From: Patescibacteria group bacterium
Lineage (GTDB): Bacteria > Patescibacteriota > Minisyncoccia > 2-02-FULL-40-12 > GWA2-44-9
Direction: 5' to 3'
NCBI GenBank assembly: GCA_038064455.1
Contig: JBBTTB010000004.1
Coordinates: 2,893 to 66,587 of the forward strand
DNA: 63,695 nucleotides
In this document: positions 57,017-63,695 of the stretch, piece by piece
Position numbering within the stretch: the first letter of the stretch is position 1
Layout of the letters: each line of letters opens with the position of its first letter
Translations under genes and position numbers: made by a program
Notes under the pieces: model-generated
What the model was told of the DNA's origin: nothing
Seen by the model: the letters and a program-made list of their open reading frames with translations, nothing else
Database searches by the model: none

Positions 57017-58345
57017 ATGAACTCACAACGGACACGAATCATCGCGTTGCTTGTCCTTTCGTTGGCGCTTTTTGTCTACATTGCGCCCGGAGTTATGAAC
57101 CAAGGGATCGCATGGCTCGATGGAAAAGTGGGAGCTTCTCTACCTCGTATTCCCGAATCTGATTTCCACCTCGGGCTCGATCTGGTCGGTGGTGCACACC
57201 TTCTCTATCAGGCAGATCTTTCGCAAATCTCGGGCATTGATCCCGATGATGCCATGGAAGGCATCCGTGATGTTATTGAGCGTCGCGTGAATGCGTTTGG
57301 CGTCGCTGAACCGTTGGTGCAGGTCAGTGGAAGTGATCGTCTTATTGTTGAGCTCGCGGGCATTACTGATATCAACCAAGCCATTCGCCTTATTGGTGAA
57401 ACACCCTTTTTGGAATTTAAAGAATTAGCGCCAGTACCATCGGTCGTACCGGGAAAGGCAACACCAACACCAGATCCACTCGATGATGGTTTTGTCGCTA
57501 CCGGTTTAAACGGTCGCCACCTCGCTCGCGCACAAGTTATTTTCGATCCAAACACGGGTCGTCCGCTGGTGAGCCTAAACTTAAACGCAGAGGGGACGAA
57601 GCTCTTTGCTGAAATTACAAAGCGGAACCTCGGGAAGATCGTTGCCATTTATCTTGATGGGCAAATCATTTCTGCACCTGTCGTAGAGTCTGAAATTCCA
57701 AACGGTGAAGCGGTTATTTCCGGCGTCTTTACTCCTGCAGAAGCAAAGATGCTTGCAACTCGTTTAAATTCAGGTGCACTACCTGTGCCAATTTCTCTCA
57801 TTTCACAGCAGACCGTTGGGGCTTCGCTGGGCGCCGTCTCGTTGGCACAAAGCTTGCGCGCAGGCCTCTTTGGATTCCTCTTCGTCGCGCTCTTCATGAT
57901 GCTGTTCTATCGCGTTCCCGGCGTTATGGCGGTGCTTGCCCTTGGCGTGTACACACTCATCGTGCTCGCGTTGTATAAATTTATTCCCGTAACGTTGACA
58001 TTGGCAGGTATTGCGGGGTTCATCCTTTCCATCGGCATTGCGGTTGATGCAAACGTGCTTATCTTTGCGCGTATGCGCGAAGAGCTCGCACAAGGTAAGG
58101 CTCTCTCACTCGCGCTCACGGAAGGGTTCTCTCGCGCATGGCTTTCTATTCGTGATGGCCACATGACCACCCTCATCGGCGCTGCAGTGCTCTACGGGTT
58201 TACTTCTTCAGTGGTGAAGGGGTTCGCACTTACCCTTGGTCTTGGCGTGCTCACAAGCTTATTTACCGCGATATTTGTAACTCAAACATTCTTGCGTGGC
58301 GTAGCGAATACGCGACTTGGCAAGATCCGCCGGCTTTTTTCATAG
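57017..58345 (+). CDS. secD: Protein translocase subunit SecD
   Basis: LGLDLVGG, ERRVNAFGVAEP, AIYLDG, LNSGALPVP, GIAVDANVLIFARMREE. Confidence 0.97.
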   Translation: MNSQRTRIIALLVLSLALFVYIAPGVMNQGIAWLDGKVGASLPRIPESDFHLGLDLVGGAHLLYQADLSQISGIDPDDAMEGIRDVIERRVNAFGVAEPLVQVSGSDRLIVELAGITDINQAIRLIGETPFLEFKELAPVPSVVPGKATPTPDPLDDGFVATGLNGRHLARAQVIFDPNTGRPLVSLNLNAEGTKLFAEITKRNLGKIVAIYLDGQIISAPVVESEIPNGEAVISGVFTPAEAKMLATRLNSGALPVPISLISQQTVGASLGAVSLAQSLRAGLFGFLFVALFMMLFYRVPGVMAVLALGVYTLIVLALYKFIPVTLTLAGIAGFILSIGIAVDANVLIFARMREELAQGKALSLALTEGFSRAWLSIRDGHMTTLIGAAVLYGFTSSVVKGFALTLGLGVLTSLFTAIFVTQTFLRGVANTRLGKIRRLFS

Positions 58346-58346
58346 C

Positions 58347-59249
58347 ATGAACATCCGACATATTCTCACTATCGGTTTCGTCTTCTCGGTCATTCTCATG
58401 GTGCTGGCGACCGGTTCATTCCTTCGCTATGGCCTACTCTTCGGCGTTGATTTTACGGGAGGCACAGTTATGGATGTTTCATTTACTGCAGAACGTCCCG
58501 ATGTGGCAACGATGCAAAAAGTGCTTGCTGCGCGGGTAGACGCTCCATGGGTATCTGCTACGGTAACACCCGCAAATGATGCGGGGATGATTATCCGTAC
58601 CGCACCGCTCACGGAAGCCGAGCACCAGCTTTTGTTACAGGCATTGCGGGCGGGGCTCCCACAAAACCCGTTTGTTGAGGCAAAGTTTGATTCTATTGGT
58701 CCTACTATTGGCGGAGAGCTCAAGACGAAGAGTGTGCAAGCAATTATTGTCGTGCTCGTACTTGTGGGCCTCTATATTGCATGGGTGTTTCGTCGTGTTG
58801 GCCCCGTGCTCTCGTCATGGACAATGGCATTCGCTACACTGGTCGGTTTGATCCATGATCTCATCATTCCTGTCGGAATCTTCGCATACCTTGGGCACGT
58901 GGCTCATGTAGAGATCGGCGCAGTCTTTGTGGCCGCACTGCTGACTATATTGGGGTATTCTATTTCTGACACGGTGGTGGTGTTTGACCGGGTTCGCGAG
59001 AACATTATTCGTAGTAGTGGTCGCAGCTCACTGAATGAGATTATCCCGTTGAGTATTCGCCAAACACTGGTACGCTCATTGAACACAACCCTTACCACAC
59101 TCCTCTCGCTCTTCGCGGTGTATTTCTTTGGAGGGGAGAGTGTGAAGTATTTCGCACTGGCGTTAATCTTGGGGATCGGTCTTGGCGCATATTCTTCCGT
59201 CTTTGTGGCCTCGCCGCTCCTGTTATGGCTTTCGCCCAAAAAGCGGTAG
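58347..59249 (+). CDS. secF: Protein translocase subunit SecF
   Basis: GVDFTGG, IGPTIG, GYSISDTVVVFDRVRE, RSLNT, GAYSS. Confidence 0.97.
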   Translation: MNIRHILTIGFVFSVILMVLATGSFLRYGLLFGVDFTGGTVMDVSFTAERPDVATMQKVLAARVDAPWVSATVTPANDAGMIIRTAPLTEAEHQLLLQALRAGLPQNPFVEAKFDSIGPTIGGELKTKSVQAIIVVLVLVGLYIAWVFRRVGPVLSSWTMAFATLVGLIHDLIIPVGIFAYLGHVAHVEIGAVFVAALLTILGYSISDTVVVFDRVRENIIRSSGRSSLNEIIPLSIRQTLVRSLNTTLTTLLSLFAVYFFGGESVKYFALALILGIGLGAYSSVFVASPLLLWLSPKKR

Positions 59250-59250
59250 G

Positions 59251-59259
59251 TTATCCACA
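59251..59259 (+). promoter_or_regulatory. Perfect DnaA box
   Basis: TTATCCACA, 6 nt upstream of a -35 element. Confidence 0.6.
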
Positions 59260-59265
59260 TTATAA

Positions 59266-59294
59266 TTGACAGTATGTAAAGAAAGTGATATCCT
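59266..59294 (+). promoter_or_regulatory. Near-consensus sigma70 promoter
   Basis: TTGACA-17-TATCCT with extended TG. Confidence 0.8.
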
Positions 59295-59311
59295 AAAACA
59301 TCAGAAATTCT

Positions 59312-60376
59312 ATGGCACGTTCATCACTTACCGGTATTCAAAAACTCGTTACCCGCCTCGTGCGTGAAGTAGCACCTCGAAATCGCGACATTATTGCGCG
59401 TCGCTTTGGTTTTGCATCTGGTCGCCGCGAAACCCTTGAAGCTATTGGCTCTAGTTATGGCATTACCCGTGAGCGCGTTCGTCAAATTGAAGAAGCAACG
59501 GTAGCGGCAGTCTCTAAGATTGCGCAACGCGATGCCGACGTGAACGCCGTGGTAGCTTCTGTGATTGATGCATTACAACGTGAGGGTGGCGTGATGCGCC
59601 AAGATCTCATGTTCCAAGAAATGAGTGGCACGCCAATGCTTTCTACTACAAACGCGGCTCTTGTGTTTGTGCTTACGGTGAGTAACCAAGTATTCCACGC
59701 CCCCGAGGGAGATCATTTCCATGCATTTTGGGCAGCGCATCGCGCGCAGGCCGACGCCTTTCGCTCGGGCATCCAAGCTCTCTCTCAAGCACTCAAGTCT
59801 CATGCAGAGCCCATGGAGTGGGAGTCTTTCTGTGGTATCGCAAAGTCTACAAGCGCTGTGCTTGCAACAGGTATGCCAGTAAATGAAAAGCACCTTGTTG
59901 CCGCACTCGCTATTTCTAAGGACATCGGCAAAAACATCTATGGCCAGGTTGGTCTTTCTGCGTGGCCACAGGTAAATCCAAAAGGCATTCGCGATAAAGC
60001 ATATTTAGTACTCAAACGTGAAGCACAGCCACAACATTTTTCGGTGATTACAAAACTCATCAGCACGGCCGCATTTCCAGACGGAAAGCGTGTGAACATG
60101 CAGACAGTACACAACGAACTTATTAAAGATAAGCGATTTATTTTAGTTGGCCGCGGTCTCTATGCGCTTTCCGAGTGGGGGTATCAAGCGGGCACCGTAA
60201 AAGATGTGCTCGTGCATACGTTGAGGGAGGCAAAAGCACCTCTTCTCAAGGCAGAGCTCATTTCTCGTGTGCTCGCGAACCGCATGGTGAAAGAGAGTAC
60301 TATTGTTCTCAATCTTCAAGACAGCGCGACATTCGCCAAACAAGAAGACGGTACGTACACGCTTCGCAAAGCTTAG
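59312..60376 (+). CDS. Sigma70 region-4 HTH + HARE-HTH (RNAP delta-like) multi-HTH protein
   Basis: RRFG...ETLEAIG...GITRERVRQIE; IRDKAYLVLK...HF...TVHNELIKDKRFILVGRGLYALSEWG; no sigma region 2 seen. Confidence 0.8.
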   Translation: MARSSLTGIQKLVTRLVREVAPRNRDIIARRFGFASGRRETLEAIGSSYGITRERVRQIEEATVAAVSKIAQRDADVNAVVASVIDALQREGGVMRQDLMFQEMSGTPMLSTTNAALVFVLTVSNQVFHAPEGDHFHAFWAAHRAQADAFRSGIQALSQALKSHAEPMEWESFCGIAKSTSAVLATGMPVNEKHLVAALAISKDIGKNIYGQVGLSAWPQVNPKGIRDKAYLVLKREAQPQHFSVITKLISTAAFPDGKRVNMQTVHNELIKDKRFILVGRGLYALSEWGYQAGTVKDVLVHTLREAKAPLLKAELISRVLANRMVKESTIVLNLQDSATFAKQEDGTYTLRKA

Positions 60377-60431
60377 TCCACACACCCACGGCGCCACAGG
60401 CGCCGTCGTGGTATGATACAGGGGATCTTGT

Positions 60432-61742
60432 ATGCTCTCGATTCTCTCTCAGACGCTTTCTGCATTTGAACCACTTCTCCCCGTAGCTCGTGTTATTGTG
60501 GGGGTCCTTTTCAGCGTGTGGTGGTTGTGGCTACCTATAGTTCTTGCCGCACTCGCAATACGTCAGTGGCAAGAATATACACGCACTCGATATCTTCGAG
60601 GCATGAAGTGGGTTCTCCTCGAAATAATTCCGCCTCCTGAAGTACAGCGGAGTCCAAAAATCGCCGAGAATTTTTTTTCAGGTCTTCACGGCGTGTACGG
60701 AAGCTCTTTAAAGTGGAAAAAGATGTTTTTTGATGGCAAGGTTCCTGATTGGTTTACCTGTGAAATTGTAGGCGACGCGCAGGGCATGCGCTTTTATATA
60801 CGCACACCGGCCGGCCACCGTAATCTTTTGGAATCACATATTTTTGCACAATGGCCCGAAGCAGAAATTCGTGAAGCAGAAGACTACACGTCGCGTCTTC
60901 CAAAAGACATTCCCAGTGAGCAGTATGATCTCTTTGGCACGGAGCTTATTTTTACCAAGGAGCACGCATACCCCATCCGCACCTATCCATTCTTTGAAGA
61001 GCAAAGTGGGAAAGATGAATATGTGCGCACTGATCCCATGGCGTCTCTTGCCGAAGTGATGAGCTCGCTGAAGCCCGGAGAGCACGTGTGGCTCCAACTC
61101 ACATTACGTCCTACAGGTGGTGACTGGGTCAAAGAGGGGCAGAAGGTCGTTGATAAAATCATGGGCAAGGAGCCAAAAGTAGAGCAAACGATGGGGCAAA
61201 AGATCATTGCCTTGATAGATGCCATAATTCCTAATTCGAGTGGGGGCAGTGAAGAAAAGAAAGAGAAAAAAGATTTTAACGTGATGGCGCTCTCGCCTGG
61301 CCAACGCTCGGCGCTGGAGCAAATAGAGATAAAACTCTCCAAGCTTGCGTTCAAGGCAGGTTTTCGTTTTGTGTATCTTGCAGAGAAAGCGGCATTTAAC
61401 CGCGCGCGTATTGCGGGGGTTATTGGATACTTTAAACAATTCTATGCGAATGACCTCAACTCCTTTAAACCAAATGGTGAAGTTACTACTTCTTCAGATG
61501 GAAAGCTTGCGTGGCTTTTTCCTTCAAATCGTGGCTTTGGCGCGGCGGAGGCTGAATTTAAAAAGAAAGTTGATTTACTTGAGAAGTATCGTGGCCGCGA
61601 ATTTGTAAAAGATTTCTGCGTGTTGAATATCGAAGAGCTCGCGACCCTGTGGCACTTGCCGGGCCTTAACGTGAAGGCCGCTGGCTTACCTCGCGTCGAA
61701 GCAAAGAAGAGTACGCCACCAGCGAACCTTCCTGGGTTCTAG
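60432..61742 (+). CDS. Membrane-anchored protein of unknown function, partner of the downstream ATPase
   Basis: N-terminal TM; LLEIIPP, FTCEI, AQWPEAEI, YPIRTY, QLTLRP, ILNIEELATLWHLP-like segment; upstream TG-G-TATGAT and AGGGGA RBS. Confidence 0.7.
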   Translation: MLSILSQTLSAFEPLLPVARVIVGVLFSVWWLWLPIVLAALAIRQWQEYTRTRYLRGMKWVLLEIIPPPEVQRSPKIAENFFSGLHGVYGSSLKWKKMFFDGKVPDWFTCEIVGDAQGMRFYIRTPAGHRNLLESHIFAQWPEAEIREAEDYTSRLPKDIPSEQYDLFGTELIFTKEHAYPIRTYPFFEEQSGKDEYVRTDPMASLAEVMSSLKPGEHVWLQLTLRPTGGDWVKEGQKVVDKIMGKEPKVEQTMGQKIIALIDAIIPNSSGGSEEKKEKKDFNVMALSPGQRSALEQIEIKLSKLAFKAGFRFVYLAEKAAFNRARIAGVIGYFKQFYANDLNSFKPNGEVTTSSDGKLAWLFPSNRGFGAAEAEFKKKVDLLEKYRGREFVKDFCVLNIEELATLWHLPGLNVKAAGLPRVEAKKSTPPANLPGF

Positions 61743-61764
61743 TTTCGTGATACACTAACACTAT

Positions 61765-63411
61765 ATGGCGTTGCCTCCGGAAAATCCTGTAGTTCTCTTT
61801 GGGCAAACAACGTTCCGCAATGAGTTGCGGCCTTTTGGCGTTAAAATGGATGACCGTCGTCGGCACATGTATGTCATTGGAAAGACGGGCATGGGTAAGT
61901 CTGAATTACTTAAGAACCTTGCCATTCAGGATATGCGCGATGGTCGCGGTCTCGCGTTCATTGATCCGCACGGAGATCCTGTAGAAGATCTCCTTGATTT
62001 CATTCCCGCGCATCGCGTGAAGGATGTGATTTATTTCAATCCTGCAGATTTAGAGCACCCCATTGGGTTCAACGTTATGGAGCAGGTGAGCTTCGATAAC
62101 CGCCACCTCGTGGCCGATGGCATGATGGCAGTGTTTAAGAAGCTCTGGGTAGACCAATGGTCTGCGCGTATGGAGTACATTCTTAATAACACAATCCTTG
62201 CTCTCCTTGAGGCGCCCGGTTCTACACTCCTTGGCATTAACCGCATGCTTGCCGATAAGACGTATCGCAAGTCTGTGGTGGATCAAGTGTCCGACACTGA
62301 AGTAAAGGCGTTCTGGACGCAGGAGTTTGCAAAATACAATGAGCGCTACGCCGGAGAGGCGACGGCTGCCATCCAGAACAAAATTGGACAATTCGTATCG
62401 AATACACTCATCCGTAATATTGTTGGGCAGGAGAAATCCGCATTCGACATGCGTAAGGCGATGGATGAAGGAAAGATTGTGCTCGTAAATATTTCGAAGG
62501 GACGCGTAGGCGAAGATGCGAGTCGTCTCCTTGGCGCCATGCTGATCACGAAGATCCAGCTTGCCGCCATGTCACGTGTTGATATCGCAAAGAACGAGCG
62601 CAATGACTTTGTGCTCGTGGTAGATGAGTTCCAAAACTTTGCCACCGCTTCGTTCGCAAATATTCTCTCGGAGGCTCGTAAATTTAACTTGAGCCTCGTG
62701 ATCGCCAATCAATACATCGCACAGATGGAGGACGAAGTGCGTGATGCTGTTTTTGGAAACGTCGGCACCATTATTTCATTCCGTGTTGGCGCAGAGGATG
62801 CAGAGATGCTCGAGAAAGAATTCGCTCCCGAATTCGTCGCACAAGACATCGTGAACCTTGGTAAGCGCCAGATTTATCTCAAGCTCATGATCGACGGCGT
62901 TGCCTCAAAGGCGTTTTCTGCCATGACTATGGATACGTTGCCCCCTGAACAAAATACCGAGCGGTTCAACGCAATCGCGGCATCTCGTGCAACCTACGGT
63001 CGCGATCGTGCAGAGGTGGAAAAAAGTATTGGAGATTGGCGGGAGGCTGGTGTTGCGCGCGATGATCGAGAGCCGGAAGATCGTCCACCGATGCGCGAAC
63101 AATCTGCAGAGCCGCGGCGCCCCCAAGGAGATCGTCCACCCCGTCGTCCCCGTGGCGGAGGCGGTGGAGGGCGTGGTGGGCAACAAGAGCGTCCGGCACC
63201 AAGTGGAAAAATCACTGTTTCCGTAGGAGGCAAGGAGCTTTCGCTTGCAGAAGCGATGCGCCAGGGCGTTATGCCGTTCACATCGCAGAAAACGGGGCCA
63301 AGCCAACCTCAAGAACCACGGCAACACATGAATAACGAAGAACTTCGCAAAGTGCTCGCGGTTGCGCTTGGAAAAGATGCTCCCGTTGCTTCCACTGCGG
63401 ACGAACGTTGA
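61765..63411 (+). CDS. VirD4/TrwB-like (type IV secretion DNA-binding domain/DUF87) P-loop ATPase
   Basis: DDRRRHMY, Walker A GKTGMGKS, IDPHGD, Walker B VVDEFQNF, SEARKF, ANQY; charged low-complexity C-terminal tail. Confidence 0.88.
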   Translation: MALPPENPVVLFGQTTFRNELRPFGVKMDDRRRHMYVIGKTGMGKSELLKNLAIQDMRDGRGLAFIDPHGDPVEDLLDFIPAHRVKDVIYFNPADLEHPIGFNVMEQVSFDNRHLVADGMMAVFKKLWVDQWSARMEYILNNTILALLEAPGSTLLGINRMLADKTYRKSVVDQVSDTEVKAFWTQEFAKYNERYAGEATAAIQNKIGQFVSNTLIRNIVGQEKSAFDMRKAMDEGKIVLVNISKGRVGEDASRLLGAMLITKIQLAAMSRVDIAKNERNDFVLVVDEFQNFATASFANILSEARKFNLSLVIANQYIAQMEDEVRDAVFGNVGTIISFRVGAEDAEMLEKEFAPEFVAQDIVNLGKRQIYLKLMIDGVASKAFSAMTMDTLPPEQNTERFNAIAASRATYGRDRAEVEKSIGDWREAGVARDDREPEDRPPMREQSAEPRRPQGDRPPRRPRGGGGGGRGGQQERPAPSGKITVSVGGKELSLAEAMRQGVMPFTSQKTGPSQPQEPRQHMNNEELRKVLAVALGKDAPVASTADER

Positions 63412-63435
63412 AAATTGGGCCACATCTGATACACT
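63408..63435 (+). promoter_or_regulatory. Putative tRNA promoter
   Basis: TTGAAA-16-TACACT with extended TG. Confidence 0.55.
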
Positions 63436-63448
63436 AGGCCCTGCATTT

Positions 63449-63524
63449 GCCCCTATAGCTCAGCTGGTAGAGCAGCTCCCTTTTAAGGAGACGGTCCCAG
63501 GTTCGAGTCCTGGTGGGGGCACCA
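63449..63524 (+). tRNA. trnK: tRNA-Lys (UUU)
   Basis: Acceptor GCCCCTA/TGGGGGC, D arm GCTC/GAGC, anticodon loop CTTTTAA, T arm CCAGG-TTCGAGT-CCTGG, encoded CCA; 76 nt. Confidence 0.97.
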
Positions 63525-63693
63525 GAATCTGACTTTCAGAAAATTGACCGACTTTTTCGTTGGCGGCGCAAAGCGCCGCCCAAGCATTTCCCCCCGACAA
63601 ATCCTCTCCGCTCGGCGCGGTGAGCCGCGCCTCGCGGTTGGCCAAGACGAGGTTCGAGCCAAAGATTTCTTTGGCAGTAACCTTTTTCGCAAA
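63460..63693 (-). CDS. 5'-truncated ORF, possibly the C-terminus of a site-specific (serine) recombinase running antisense into tRNA-Lys
   Basis: The frame is open from the window edge: FAKKVTAKEIFGSNLVLANREARLTAP...WAALCAANEKVGQFSESQILVPPPGLEPG. This resembles, from recall and unverified, the C-termini of tRNA-adjacent CPR recombinases. Confidence 0.45.
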   Translation of the reverse strand, partial: FAKKVTAKEIFGSNLVLANREARLTAPSGEDLSGGNAWAALCAANEKVGQFSESQILVPPPGLEPGTVSLKGSCSTS

Positions 63694-63695
63694 AA

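Noticed and set aside
59312-60376. Primary or alternative sigma factor
   Set aside because: Only region 4 is present, at the N-terminus; no region 2 motif is seen.
60432-63411. Conjugative element (ICE)
   Set aside because: No relaxase, VirB4 partner set, oriT or compositional break; the genes lie on the chromosomal side of the tRNA.
63483-63692. Alternative minus-frame ORF (MRKRLLPKK...WCPHQDSNLGPSP)
   Set aside because: The Arg-rich, low-information translation is less protein-like than the 63460..63693 frame. It cannot be fully excluded without flanking sequence.

Overview
This 63.7-kb window looks like a Patescibacteria (CPR, Parcubacteria-like) chromosome segment read with genetic code 11; the taxonomy is inferred from gene content and was not searched. 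Left end: the 3' part of a Thr/Pro-repeat + lamin-tail-domain gene, then tandem promoters and a ~500-nt hairpin-rich leader ahead of a 1213-aa Ser/Thr/Gly-rich S-layer-like protein. Middle (~5-49 kb): a very large surface-glycosylation locus. It has six GT-C-type membrane glycosyltransferases (two TMTC-like TPR proteins, two related 'D-x-x-x-H' proteins, two YfhO-like proteins, one fused to a GT2) and three polyprenol-phosphate sugar synthase-like GT2 domains. It also has about ten GT4/CgeB transferases, four methyltransferases, a deacetylase, a carbamoyltransferase, a B12-type radical SAM cassette, an RfbH-like dehydratase, a flippase, an O-antigen-ligase/TPR protein and an initiating phosphoglycosyltransferase. 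One GT2 carries an in-frame TAA. Right end: a secreted HExxH peptidase sharing a ~120-aa domain with the S-layer protein, hpf, secA, two small membrane ORFs missing from the ORF track, a PD-(D/E)XK + TM0106 nuclease pair, secD/secF, a DnaA-box promoter driving a sigma70-r4/HARE-HTH protein, a DUF + VirD4/TrwB-like ATPase pair and tRNA-Lys(UUU). The tRNA is overlapped antisense by what may be the C-terminus of an integrated serine recombinase. Best candidates for new biology: (i) a TMTC-like/O-OTase S-layer glycosylation system, (ii) the shared envelope-anchoring domain, (iii) the long structured leader RNA, (iv) a recombinase whose C-terminus is written by the host tRNA. All calls are by eye from motifs; no database search or folding program was run.
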